Shown here one piece after another: positions 48,482 to 63,056 of a stretch of 64,000 nt of DNA; positions within the stretch are counted from its first letter, which is position 1; each line of letters starts with the position of its first letter. This DNA comes from Balanoglossus misakiensis. Its lineage: Eukaryota; Animalia; Hemichordata. The translations under genes and the position numbers were made by a program. The notes under the pieces are model-generated. The model was not told the origin of the DNA. It did not search any database and saw only the letters and a program-made list of their open reading frames with translations. The stretch covers positions 11,158,286 through 11,222,285 of the forward strand of contig CM082581.2 in assembly GCA_040954595.2 (NCBI GenBank). The letters are read 5' to 3'.

Positions 48482-51400
48482 ATGGAGAATGAACGTCCCG
48501 CACAGCAGGCTTTGGTGAAGTGCGTGGTTGTAGGAGACAATGCAGTGGGAAAGACCCGACTGATCGTGGCCAGAGCATGTAATGCAAAAGTGACCAGGGC
48601 CCAGTTGATGGCCACACATATACCAACAGTGTGGGCCATTGACCAGTACAGGCTGTACCCTGAGGTGAGACACTGATTGCAAGAAGACAGTGATTTAATT
48701 CTCTGTATGGTAATGTATGTAGGGAAGAATTGGGAAATGTTGAACTTCATCGTGTGATCAGGAGAGAAAATTGTTCTGGTTTAAAACATGTGGATGAGAC
48801 CTATAAGAAATGTTGAATGTCTTGAAGCCGTACATATCACAGATTTCTGTTGGGAGAAACATTTTGGTTCTAATATAAGAATTGCATGGTTGCACATGCA
48901 AGCTGAGCATGATCTACATAAACACTCAGTTGCCATGGCAACTATTAACACATGCTGGTGCGGATTAGTGGTTTCTGTTGTCATGGAGACTAGGATGGCA
49001 ATCAAATGAAGAAACATATTGTAGAGAAAGGTACATTGAGAGGGATGTACGGTACATGAATCACCATGAACATTTATCAACCTTTTTGTTTATGACTTTT
49101 ATACATGTACAGATTCAGGAAAGAGCCCGTGATACGGTAGATGGTGTGGATGTGTCATTACGATTGTGGGATACATTTGGCGATCACCATAAAGATAGGC
49201 GATTTGCGTATGGAAGGTAAGGTCTAATGTTAAAGTAATCTGATCAGTATATAGTTTCAGGATTTAATATGGCGGAGAAGTTTTATACATAATAATGTTG
49301 ATTTCTGTTTTTGTGCCTTTTTAATACAGATGTGATGTTGTTCTACTGTGTTTTTCCATCGCCAAGCCAATGTCCCTGAAACACATCAAGAGTGTGTGGT
49401 TTCCAGAGATTCGTCGATTCTGTCCACGCACTCCAATTATTATGTGCGGCTGTCAAAATGACCTGCGATTTGCCAATCTGGATGAAATCAATAAGTTCAG
49501 AGGATTACTCACCAAGTAAGTTACCTGGTTCACACAGCGTAAAACTAGGAACGTTTCAGAGACACTATTTGCCATTTCTAAACACAGGGGAGTCGCTTTG
49601 TGTCCATACACACAAAGTTTAAGCAAAGACCCTGACACTCAGCCCCATAGACTGTGTTATGGAGAGGTGTTTATCCTAATTATCACTGGCTATTTACAAA
49701 ATACAAGATATTATGTCCAAGTATATCATGCAGCAAAACCACAGTATCTGTTTGATAAACCCCTGATCATGATTGCTTCTCTTGCAGGCCAATTCATGAG
49801 AAGGACATTATTTCACCAAATGATTGTCGTCAAATTGCCAAGGAGATTGGTGCTCCTTATTATGAGTCCAGCGTCATTACCTTATATGGAGTAAGAGAGG
49901 TCTTCGACAACGCTGTGCGTGCAGCACTGATTTCCCGGCGACACACACGATTCTGGATGTCCAGTTTGAGGAAAGTGCAGAAGCCATTGTTACAGCAGCC
50001 GTTCTTGCCACCAAAACCAGAACCACCCAATATCAGCATTCCGTTATCGACATTCAGGGAAGACGTCGGAAGTTTGCTGGATAATCCATGTTGTTCCGAT
50101 GTCCTATTTGCGATTCGAGGCATTCTTATTCCAGCTCACAGGGTAAGCTTGAACTATTTCATGATATGCAAAATCTCTGAAACTTCTCTTTTTTTCAACC
50201 TTTCCCATTCTTGCCTAGCAGTCTACTATTTTTTTATTACGGGGATGTGTTTATTGTCAGTAGTTTTTCTGAGGGCAAACACATTTTATAAAGTGCAAGA
50301 ATCCTTAAAATATCTGACGGATATAATTATAATTTTCAGGTGTGTGTTGCAGCAGCGTGCCCTGTCTTGTACCATATCTTTATGCTGGATCTTTCCGAGA
50401 AGATATCCTCATCGAACTCTGATAATGAAGCCTTACCAGACATGAGAGAGAAGGAAAAAACCACCACACACGAAAGTACAGAGAAAGAAGAACAGAAAGT
50501 ATATGATGTTGATGTTGTCATGACAACAGGTGGTACATCTTCATGGAAGTCTCCACCATCCGCTGGCGTCTCGACCTGTCCTGGCTTGCCACTAGAGGGC
50601 AGTGCTGGATATTTCCCGGCCAGCGACGTGGTAAGGACTCCAGACAGTGAGGATTCAGTGGAAATGCTGGGGGCGTGTGCTCCCAGGACTCAACAGCCAA
50701 CTTGGACTTCGTCTGATTCTGAAATGCTGCCATCGACGGAGTTCCATGGTTTTCCCGGCCAGAAATTGCGTCACAGGGCGTTCACTTCGATTCACGTGCA
50801 ACCAGTGGAAGACGTAATCAGTGGCGACCAAAGTATTCAGACTGTGGTCACAGTACAGCCGCACATCTCTCCCGCTGTTTTCCAAGTGTGTCTGGAGTAC
50901 ATGTACACAGGTGCTTTTGATCATGAGAAGTGGGGCGCCATCAACCTTCAGGAGGTAGCCAGTCTGGCAGAGATACTGCAGTTGGATGATTTGGTTACCA
51001 TGGCAAAACATGTTGGTAATGGTGAAGCATACATGAACACAATGTTAATATCGCAGTTTGAGAGGAAAAGATTGGCTCGATTTAGAGAATTCTTCTTACA
51101 GAAAGGACTGTTCTCAGGTAGGTGGATCTTTTCAAAGGTAGTGATGTACAAAATGTGAAAATCATCATAATACTGAAATCATGATTTTAAAATAAATTAT
51201 AGAAAAATAGCACTGATGTAAATCATATTATTCTATTGTAGATTTGGTGATTATCACCGATGACGGAACAGTTGCTGCACACAAAGCATTGTTGATGGCC
51301 CGCTGTGATATGATGCTAGCTATGCTGGGAGGAAACTTCAAAGAGAGTACCTGCACCAAGGTAAGATATCCCCCTCCCCCTCCCCCACCACCACCACCAC

Positions 51401-52074
51401 CACCATCATAATAACAGTAATGACAGATATCACTTTTCTATATTCATTTTCTCTAGATTCCAATGTCGTGCAGCAAGAGTTGTTTCCAAACCATCCTGGA
51501 ATATCTGTATACAGATCAATGTTCACCTCTGAAACCCTCAGACTGCCTTTACGCCATTGAGTTAGCAAACTTCCTGTGTCTACCACACATGGTTGCTCTC
51601 TGTGAAGACAACATGATCCAGGAATTCAGCCTGGCTCTGGAAAAGGAACGCGACATACAAGAGGATGTCATCAACTTGTTGTCTGTCGCAAAGGTCAGAA
51701 TGATTTTAAAACAATCATTATCTTGCACAAAATACACTTTGGCAACTACTGGTTGTTACATCATAGTACAGAATCGTTGTAAAACACTTTTTGAATTCTT
51801 AAAGATTTTTTCCTGTCCTACACAGATGCATAATGCCTACCAGTTACATGAATGGTGTCTTACATTCATCGCCAGTAACTTTAGTGAAGTCAGCCAAAAG
51901 TACGGTCAAAAGATGCACGAAACAGGATCTGAGGGGTTGCAATACCTACAGAAGAAACGATGGCCGCCTGTGTGGTACCTCAAAGAGAAAGACTACTACG
52001 AGAAAGCCAAGAATGATCGGGATCTGCACGAACACCAAAGTCCCAGGAAGGGAAAACGGAAATGGTGTTTGTGA
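48482..52074 (+). CDS. RHOBTB: Rho-related BTB domain-containing protein (RhoBTB1/2-type atypical Rho GTPase, Cul3 adaptor), 736 aa
   Basis: Exons 48482-48664, 49113-49216, 49330-49515, 49788-50142, 50340-51117, 51242-51360, 51457-51693, 51826-52074; phase-consistent, 2211 nt. Motifs [43 protein letters not shown], Pro-rich PFLPPKP, split first BTB, second [18 protein letters not shown]. Confidence 0.95.
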
Positions 52075-53089
52075 CTAAAAGCACAATCATGAGTTTTGAC
52101 TCAGTTCACTGAAATTAAAACTGTAACCATGGTTACTGAGAGATTTTCCAGAAGAAAAAAAAAACTTTCAAAATTGCTTCATAGAGACTTTAAACCAGAA
52201 TGTCAATTTTAGTAAAATTGTCTGAGTTAGCACATTGTAAAAAACTTGTTTTGTTGAAAATTGTGAGTGGTAGAATTATTGTGCTACTTGAATTTAGTAA
52301 AACAATCATATATTTTGGAATCCTTTTACCAAGAAAGATTAATTTTTTGCAATCCATAAAGTGTCTCATATTTATTTAAGCAAATATATCTTGTACGAGT
52401 CTTATGTCTATAAAAATGTTAACTAGACGTATACTGATTGTAGCAAATATAGTGAAGGCAATATGCTTCAAGCAATCACAGTAGTTCAGTTTCTTTGGGG
52501 CTACAAAAGCTGATAGCTAGCACATATGGAGATGATAATATAGAGTATAGGCAGGGAGGACTTTTTTTAGGGTTTGCCCTATGTGAAATCTGTGTTATAT
52601 TTCTGTTTTAGAAAACTTGCCTAATATTATAAAGACTTGTATTTAAGGGGTTTTTCATAGTTTGTGCAATGTTATTTTAACTGATAAAATCTTGCAAGAA
52701 TTTAACACAGGCCGAACTTCAGCAGCTGTAGTTTAGGTGGCTTGTCAAACAATTCTAGTAGTTTACTGCAAATTTTGAGCAAGTTATTTGACCCTGCCTT
52801 TGTCCAAAATACTTCTTTGAATCATTTTTTTGTAGATGTTTATTTTTGACATTGTAAAGAAACATATGTTTAAAATATTTTACCATTTATTGTATATGGC
52901 ATGGATTTAACCACATCACCAGTATTAACAAATCATATTCCATTTATGAAGTCATGTGACACTCCCATGAACCATTTCTGTCCAATCAGCATGCAGCATG
53001 ATCAGTATGTGCAACAAACATGATTGTGTCACAGTCGGTATGTAATGTCCCATCCATTGGACAACCCTCCCCATATTTATCAGTGTTGA

Positions 53090-53095
53090 AATAAA
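53090..53095 (+). terminator. Candidate RhoBTB polyadenylation signal
   Basis: AATAAA about 1 kb after the stop codon, shortly before the switch to CpG-rich DNA. Confidence 0.45.
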
Positions 53096-54949
53096 AAAAA
53101 CAGCTTTCTGTTAAAAATCTGGACATTCTATCAACACATGTATGTCACCCCGGCTGATTCAGATTGGGTGTTGTGATAGATCTCTCCCTGCAAGATTTTA
53201 GTTCTGTCCCACACACAAAGCAAAACACCATGCATGTTTGGTATGTAGAAGACTTCAAATCAAATCTTATGTTAATAAAGGTTTTGTCCATTGTTGTGTT
53301 GTAGAACATGATGTTGTTTGTTTGCTCTATCTTTTCACCTGACAAACGTTTACGCCTCTTGTCCAAAATCCCTGCAGAGTGGAGTTCAATGAAAGGTAAA
53401 CATTTCATGATTCAAACAGTCTGTGTCTAGTGAGACTAAACAGAGATAGGACAGTTCAACAGCGAACGATGAAAACAACGTGAATTGTAAACGAAAGATT
53501 GAACATACACTGTATCACAAAACACGCACAATATCCAGACTTTTACGACACTGTAGTTTGAGGGCGCTGTGCCACGTTTTGCTGCACAAGGAAAGTTGTG
53601 TTGCACGTGGTGTTGCACTGTCTTGTCGAACGATACTCGTCTTTTATACTATTATGCACTATTAAAACGAAACTCAACGCGTTTGACTTTCTACATCTGA
53701 CACTCCTTTGTCATCTGGGAAAGAACGAGTATTTGAGGAACGGATGCACAGGGGAGGAGAGAGAGCGAGCGCGAACAAAAACACAAAACATTTCCAGATT
53801 GATGTCGAAATGGATGAAATTCTCAGCAAGTGATCATTGGAGATTTAAACGTAATTGCGCTACGACAGACGAAATGATGTTTGATGGCGCACCCCTTTGG
53901 TATTTGTAGTCAAATGGAATAACCCACATGTTAACATCGCATCCTTACAAGCCATTAAATCTAAAACGACAAAAATATCTGTTGATGTCAGTAAAGTGCA
54001 CAGTTGGTCGCATGGAAATCGGATATAAATCATTATGGTTTAAGGTCGTTTACTAAAAGTAGTACAAAGGACCTCAACGATAATTATCTCTGTTAAAATC
54101 AGGCCAACGTCGGTACAATTTTAATGAGCTTTATTGTTGTGAAATTTAAATTTCAAGGCTATTTCTATCACTAATTGAATATTCGTACATGCGCTCTTGA
54201 AAATCAACGAATATTGATCGCTCATTATTCGGTTATTGCTATTAAGACAAGCATGTTAATTGGCCGACCAACTCAGAGTGAGTCAATGTTGGCCCGATGT
54301 TGATTTTCGATTATTTGAGTTCGTTTTTCAAAGATGAATCAGTGAACTTATTATAGCAGTATAATAGTTATTTTTTGAATGATTCAACGTGAATAATGAC
54401 AACTCGATCTACGTTTATGGCAGTGTCACTGGCTGCTCGGTTTCTGTGCGGCAACAAAGTCTAACTGGAGCAAATGGGGATCATATATAGGTTGGGCGAC
54501 CAGCGTGCGTTGTATCCGACAGATCGCTTGCTACTGTCATCTTCCTGCGTAATTTATCTTGCTGGATCCAATTGCATTTGGAAGTTCGGAATTTTCATTA
54601 TGATTGCTTTGAAATGGCCTTAGGCTAAGTGTGGAAATTTTGAGCACCAATGAAATGAAATAAACATGACATTGTCATTGAAAGAAAGGGATATCATGTC
54701 ACATATCGTCTTGCTTAATTTTTCTCGCCATTTCGATCCGATCATCATGATCATGGCTTATACAACATGACGGTGAAAATAGTCTGTACGTAAGGGGAGA
54801 TCACATGACGCACATGTGACAGATGAGAATAATAAACCAATAACCAGTGACGCAATATCCGGGAATCTGTCCCGATAGTTGCTTTTGCAGGCCGACATTC
54901 GCGATGTACTGAATTAACCCTCGCGGGATTGTTTATACTCGACCGCGTC

Positions 54950-55059
54950 GCTTCCGACTTTCTTAACCACATTGATCTATTTTGGCCGGTCTGCGGTCAA
55001 TCTGCGGTGACGGCTAGACTACTTGCTTCCTATATCGAGATTGTAGCCAGGCGTTCGTG
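54950..55059 (+). other. Candidate non-coding first exon of PCGF5-like
   Basis: CpG-dense promoter-like region with CCAAT near 54837 and donor GTG|GTAAGT at 55060. Start approximate. Confidence 0.4.
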
Positions 55060-58000
55060 GTAAGTATGAAGAGAAAGGGGATTGCGCACTTTAGATGTGT
55101 TTTGAAGCACTGTCGCTCTTTAATAAACTGCGCTAACATTTGCGTCGGGGTTAAAGGAGGACACGGTGGATTGAAGTACCGTGTGTTGCCAATTATACCA
55201 ATCTTTGGTAGGCGGCGTTTATTTTCCTAACGCAGTGCCAGTCATAGGCCGATAACGCTCTATGCGATATGCAATAAAGCGTCTTGGTAAACAACTAATT
55301 TAGTAGGTCCTACATGTGTTAGCGTTAATATCAAACTGGCGTTGCAGGTTCTTTAGTTGTAGTGCGCAGTACGTCAACCATTATAAGCACACTTAGAACG
55401 CCGTGAATCGATCAGGAAACGGGCTGAGCTGGTGATTTGTGAGATCTGTGTCGCGATAAACCATCTTTAATCGGTGGACATAAGTATTTTTGGAGGCATG
55501 TTTTCGGAAACTAGGTGCTCGGTTAATGACTGTTCGCCGGTGAGTGCCTTCTTGGGAAACGTTCGGTCGTGCCTGAAGCCGTTTTGCATCACCGATCGAG
55601 GTTAACTCAGAAGAGCGTCGAGTTCGGAATATACCTTCAGATGATTACAGTCGAGTCTGCCAGTCACGTACACCCACATTACAAATGGCAGGCCAGCAGC
55701 AGCGCCTGAAATTGTTCAGTCGCAGCTGCATCGACATCGACAAGGCACGGTATCACACTATATAATTTAAGTTTTTGTGCTGCGTTCTGTTGCTATGTAG
55801 GCGTCATTCTTGTGTTTCTTTCTTGCCTGCAGTTGTCACAATCGTTGCATGCATGGGCAGGCCACTATACCACAGATGCAGATGGCCGCCTAAAATAAAA
55901 AGCGGACAATCAGAAATGTGCCACCCGCTTAACTGCAGTGAATGCGTAATATTATGTCAATTTCAAGGATCCTTCGCCTTCATCACGGGATATAATGTTA
56001 TTCCGTGACGAGGATAACCTTAGGCCCTCGAAAATTATGGCGTCATATAGATCAAATAAAATTCATCGTTATCGTGATAATGCCAAGCATAGAATACTCT
56101 ACGGTCTGTGCTTCAAGCAGTGCGCATCCCCGATAATACTAAGTATATCATTCTCCCTGGATAAACATTTGGCAAATATGTCGTGAATTATTCACCTAGG
56201 AATATTGGAAGTGTAATGAGTTGCAATTATGATCCATGCAGGCATATTGCAGAATATAATTTACTAACTGGCTTCTCGTATAGACCTGAACAGGAAAATT
56301 ACGTAGGCAGAAAGGATGCAGTTGTCATTACGAGATTACTTGACATCCACAACCACCTTGCGTGTCGTAGAATCTGCCGGCAGTTGTGGGAACAGCACTT
56401 ATTTACAATGATGACAGACACTTTTAAAAACATCAACAGGGAGAACACGGTGCCAACATTTTACTGGCGCCTGCTTAACAGCATCGCTCACAAACTGGCC
56501 AGCTCGCAAGACAAAAAGCGCGACTCTCTGAAAAGGCGGCTGGTAAACCACAACGGTTTTGGTCTTGAAAAGCTCGGTTCAAATGCGTGTGAATAAATTG
56601 GTATGTAAACTCAATGATGCAGAACTGAAGACATTCTCGCGCCCTTTCTTCGATTATTGTTGTCTGTATCTTTAATGCCTGCTAGTGTTCAACTACAATA
56701 GTGTAGTGTCTAGGGACTGAGGCAAGACAGACACATTTACACTGAGAGATAATGCGTATACCTGTTCCTTCAGTGCCGTCTCCCACCACGCCCATGGCAC
56801 GATCGACACCGACTAAACATAAAAGTTTATGGAAAATGTTTGAAACTACTGAAAGAAATTCTCACAATACTGCTGTAACTTTGAGGAGTGTCTGCAGGAT
56901 GGATATTGCCGTCGAGTTGTCGTTTGGTGCTCTTGGTCAAAAAGTTGACGACTTCTGTCTCTGAGATCAAACGAAGCAAGCACGCAAGCGTGAAATGGTC
57001 AAGCCGGCCATGCCTGGTCTGTCGCGAAGAATTACAAGATTATCACGTTTTGGAAAAACCGTAACACGCCTCAGGGGAAATAAACCCAGACGGGAGAATA
57101 GCGGAGAAGTGAAAGGAAACTCGTTGAATTCTATGCTCGACGCATTCGCTGTTTGGTCAAAAGTCGCGTCCGACGTTTGGGTTATACTGCATCATTTTAT
57201 TGGTAGTTTCGACGAGCGTTTTGAATGAAACAGTTGCATTTAGTTTATTGCGAGCGAAAAGCGAAAAACTATCCCGTAATTAATGAGCTGAAAATTCTTA
57301 ATTATCAAAACACCATTTACATCTTGAATGCCAATACGTGGCTAGTATTTGTTTCAAGAATTTCACAAGACCCGCAAATTCTGACACACGTGCGGAAAGC
57401 TGTTGTCACGACCTTGACAGGTTTTCTTGTCGAGTGCCAGAACAAGTGTGATAGATAATTGAAACATCTCTCAGGAGTGCACGTGACTGATGCGTTAGAA
57501 TTGATTATCTTGGTGATGAATTTCTGGAGCCTTAGGGAGTCGTAACTTTGGGGAAAGGGTAATGTCATATTTACATGTTTCCTCCCAAAATGAGAAGACT
57601 ACCAGTAAATCTGACTTACACAGTGTGTGTTCTGCTATTATTTCTACCCGCATCTCTGTATTCACTCCGTCCATGTAGGTCACGGTGACCTAGTCCTTGT
57701 GTATTGAACAGTAACATAGGCCCGTATCTGTTGCTATAGCGACGTGCGAAGATGTCTCGGCCGGGATTGTCGCATCGAGTCAAACAGTACATTTAGTGCT
57801 ACGGGCGCATTGGGCATTTAAGAAAATACGATCTTGATTAGATTAAAATGATATTTTTGTCTGATTTCCCGGATAATGGTATGATACAGAAACATTTATC
57901 CAACAACTTGACTGGTTTTTGTGTCTGATATCGCTATCTATTTGCCTGTGATCTGCTCCGAGTTGAAAAGCAGAGATTTATTTAATGGCGCTCGTGATCT

Positions 58001-58861
58001 AACCTTACCCAATCGTTATCATGATCCTGGGACACTTGGCCCGCTATGTTTTCAACGTGTCATAAAATATTAGACAAGGCAAATGTTATATGTTTGCGCT
58101 ATATAAACCTACCGGGCCGCAGGTCGCATTTGAAACCCCGGTGACGTTACAGTCCGAAGGTCGTTTGCATAACGGACCAGTGCCGTTACATGACGCCTTC
58201 TCTGACACAGACAAAGCTACTTTAAGCGCATAGTGTATATACCCGCCAAAATAGCCTTGGGGATACGACTTGCCTTAAGCCCGAGACAATGGCCCGACTT
58301 TGCAAGACAACTGTACAAACATCTTATGAGTAGTCTAATGTCAGAATTGTGAAAATCGAATCTATGCGAGATAAGAAACTTTAAAATAAGTCTACGGTGA
58401 AGTAGGCGAGTCGAACGACCGTTTTCAGCCGAAATATTTGTCCGTTGCCCGTATGACCCTATCCGACTACTAATTCATGTAGTATAGCATTATCAGGGAC
58501 CACACTCTCCTTCTAAGTACATTCGCTCTCTTTTGCAAATGCCACCGGCTATCGATTTCTTTCTATCGCTATTTACCGAGAGATAACGAAACAAATTGAA
58601 TAAATATCTTAACACCGCATTGTAAAAAGCGCGCTTCGCCGGACACGAAGCTTATCCGAAATAGCAGAGGCGTTCCGTAAAGGTTGCGTTGATTTTTAAA
58701 GATCACCTAACGGCTGTCAAACAGGTAGTCTCACTCCGTGTTTATTTTTAGCTACCTGGCATCCTTTTAATACAATTGAGAGGTTGATCGGGAATCCATA
58801 AATGAAACGCTATCCACCGCTCATCTGCCTTTATCGTCAATATTTAGTAGCGTTAAGTTGA

Positions 58862-59203
<342 letters not shown>

Positions 59204-62200
59204 TAGAACTTGACGTGTTTGTCGTATATAGGGCGACATACTGTGTTTAGCGAGGATACGTGCCTCATGTAATGCGCGCATCTTTAATCGCCTTAAAATG
59301 TTCTCACGAAACTGTCACCTATGACTCAACCGTCGAATGATTATAAGCGACACAGCACATACAGCCTAGTCTAAGCCCGACCCCGACCTAGAGTTGCCTC
59401 TGTACGTATACTGCGAAGACTTTTTCATGCTGGATTAAATATGGTGTTCTTGTTTATGAACAGACGGCGTTCACTCAATAACCCGGGTTGTGGCCCCATA
59501 GTTTCCGTACACACTTCATTGTGCGTCAAAAACACTACACCGACCGCCAATCACCCTTGTGAACACCCAACCCTCAATCCAGAACCTTAAAATTTAAGCT
59601 TTCAAATTCATCACGTATATTTGATATGTAGATTTTTTTGGCAAATGCAGGGGGCACGGTGTATGTGGACGCGTGCCATTGTAGTGGGCTTATTTGTTTA
59701 TATAGAGTTGCGTGTCAATAGCATTAAACGCTGCTATGCATAGACAAGGCTCTTATGTGATTTCGTGAAAACAGCATGAGGTTTTTTTTTACAAAGAGTT
59801 TTAATTCAGGTAACGGCACACCGGTCGGAGTTTTTACTCTACGGGCGTTAACATGATCCTCTTGTGATCTTGAAACTCAAAATAGCAGTGTGACGTGTTG
59901 GCGTCCCACGTCCTCAATTAGCCTGGAGGTTTTAAGGTGTACAATGGAAGTCAGGTGTCGTGTGTGTTGAAAAAAGCCAGTAGTTATAATATCGAGAGCT
60001 TTAGCTCAGCAGCGGTCGTCACAGCAGCGTTGTGCGTTAATCCAATCAGAGAAACCACGACTGCCTAGACCCAGCTGCAATGGCACCGCACAACGGCAAA
60101 TCCGGGCAACACGCTACCTGGCGCACCTCGAGAGGAAATTGGTCGATTTTGGCGACCGCTTTATACTTCTCATGGCATTTCCTCGAGCGCATTTGGTAAA
60201 TTGTCGCTCAGCAAGTAGAAAATGTCGGTCAGGCTATTGCGCTTGGTTTTCAGGCGCCGCATGAATTTAATGAATGGCGGTCAGCTATGAAATTTTAATA
60301 GCCATCTTGTCAGCAGTTATGCTAGCGGTTCATGATGCCGTTAAGGTTATATTTATTCGCGACACTGCGTACAACGATAGCACAGCTATTAGCCTCCATG
60401 AAACGTCATTTGATATAAATTAGCAACATATGATGAGGGATAGAGTGTGAAGGCTAACCATATTATCTGTATTTACGCCATCAGGCATTTTGCTTTCTGC
60501 AGAATCCGCGTCACTGTTACGTCACAAGGATGACGAAAACACGTTTAAGAGCATTGGAATCGATAATTACATTTCGAAAGCAGAGCGAAGGATGACCTGC
60601 TCTTAGAGATGGTTTTCGCTGCTTGAAGTGAGCGAGCGTAACCCCCAATTTGATCTCTCAACGGTTGATAAATCACCGGCCATTACACTCGCTATACTCT
60701 TCGCTGAGGCTATTAAAGACCTCAAATAACCCTATGAGAAACTGATGAGAAACACTGACAATTCTTGAGTGCAAGGCTGATCGCATATACAATCAAAACA
60801 TACACAGTGCATTTTCCGAATGCGTGGGTATCAAATAATGTCATTTTGAATTATTAAAATAATTGTACCACAACTGTTTTTATTCTATTAAAATCGAGAG
60901 TATGAATTCACCTATACTAAAACTTCTCGTCCGAGCCCGATTAGTATTTGATACCCGGTAATCAAAACAACACTATTGCATGTAGGCCTAATTAAATTTT
61001 AATATTAATGGGACACCTGATATTCGTAAATGGCGGGTTATGTTATGTGGGTCACAAAAATGGCGGATTCGGAATTGCTTGTTCCATCTGATGGAAATTC
61101 ATCATTTTGTCTTTGTGAAGGATTTATGTAAAATGGCGATTTGGCATTAATGTAAAATGGTCATTTTAAGATAATCCACAGATCATGTTCGTGATGGGCT
61201 CGTGGGAAAATGGAATGCCAGTAAATGGAAGATTTAAACTTCCATTTTTTTCCTAATAGTAGTATTTTTATGGATAACAGTAAGCTATTAAGCACGCTGA
61301 CAGAGCTCGTAATTTATTCTTTCATGGCGCAGTTTCTTTCTATCGTTTGGTCCACTGTTCCGGTGGCGGTTAGAATTTGAATTTGCCTGATTATTCAACA
61401 ATGAGAGGTTAGTACTTTGCGGTATTTCATCACCAACACAGTTTTTAACGCTAAAAGGTGCAGCTTAGAGGCAATGAGAGTAATGGAGATCAGTAGTCAG
61501 TGAAATGATACAATACAACCAAATCTTGCACAGATTTACAACATGACCAAGTTGCTGCCATGGTTACATCTAGTATGCATGACAAGTGCTTGTATGTAAA
61601 GACGCATATAGTGTTCGTTCAGCCAGTGAGAAGAACAATTTATGAAGCTGTGGCGAGAGTCTGTCAACTCGACGAAATTTAATTTGGAAAAAAATATCAG
61701 GAGATATAATCAGGGCGTAAAGGATGATGACCGCGATTGGATATGGACGCGCTGATTGTCGTCCATGCGTGAAATTGAAAGCAGTAATTGCTTGACACTG
61801 TTACTGAAATTTTCAATCAGTTCGGTACGCATTTCCTGGGCGTACTATTATAGACTCCTTCGATCGGACAATGTTCAGTGACATTTGGTGACAGTGTGTA
61901 ATCATCTTAATATCTTTGAATATTGCTATGGCAGCCATGTCGCATTTCATCTGCCCATTGCAGTCACAAGAGCAGACGTTTTCATTTAATACCTTTGCCA
62001 TCACGTCCCTTGCGTTCGTATTTTGAATGTTTGCACTGAAGGTCAGATATGCCAGCACCGGCTCCAGTCAAACTTGGTACAAAGACAATACAACGTGATG
62101 TGTTCATACGTGTCATCGTCTCGCTTACATCACTACACTATTGTATTTTGTCCGCTGAGATATTGGACTGGTGCAGTGCACTGTCTGCACCAGTGCCTTG

Positions 62201-62981
62201 AATATCCATATTTTACACTGGCCTAATAACATCCACTCACAAAACACAAGATAAATTTGACAGAAGTTACTTCATTTTGAAAGAAATGCTGCTTCCTCCG
62301 GGAAGGACTGCTCCCAGGCGCACATAGGCTAGCCCGGAGACCACATAGGCCTATTTGGTTCGGCCATCTTTGTCTGAAATCTCTGCGCTGGGCTCGACCT
62401 TTGGTTGGGATAGAGGGACTGTGGTTGGGGTTTTCATGTCTACCCCACACACGGTTTCGCTTGAAAGCTCCATATTTTGCACGAACCAGTAGTACCTTAC
62501 TAATCGTTAGAATAACTTATAAAAAAATAAATGTTTCGAGAAAAAAACGACAGAAAACTGTTACTTACAGTAGACGATGTGCGCAATGATGGGGGCTGTC
62601 AGCTAGGAGAAAGACACCCTCGGTTTTCGTCGTCAATTTCCATGACCGATGGTTTATGTTCAATATCTACGTGAGGCTACCAAAATCTTGTAAAATCCAG
62701 TCCGTATCGTCACAGGCAAGACCTCCACTTTCACTTGGTTGTCAGAAATTGCTCAGGGTAATGAATTGGTTGTTGTTGTAACTACTTTCAGCCATGATGT
62801 TTGTCCGTCAAAGACTGAGTCTCGAATGCTTGAAGTGGCACCTCACTGACCATCTGGCAAATGAACTGGCTGACAACTATCCAATCCAAACGTGTCACTC
62901 GCCAGGTGCATTCTGTGAAGATTGTGATTGGTTGATGTGAGTGAGAAGTTGTTTAGCATATCAAGTTGCAGATGTCGTCTC

Positions 62982-63056
62982 GTGCAATCGTTCAGATATT
63001 GAATGACACTCGGGCCTGTGGTCCCCGTGTGTCGTTCAATATCTGAACGATTGCAC
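62982..63056. other. 75-nt near-perfect hairpin (pre-miRNA-like or transposon-derived palindrome)
   Basis: 28-nt arms 62982-63009 and 63029-63056 are reverse complements except one position, a U-G wobble on the + strand. Extra CGGG/CCCG pairing inside the loop. Confidence 0.8.

Noticed and set aside
52048-52074. CaaX prenylation signal at the RhoBTB C-terminus (KGKRKWCL)
   Set aside because: The cysteine is second from the end, not fourth, so it is not a canonical CaaX; only a polybasic patch is supported.
56183-56596. 137-aa ORF upstream of the PCGF5-like coding exon
   Set aside because: No recognisable domain, non-ATG start and no convincing splice partners.
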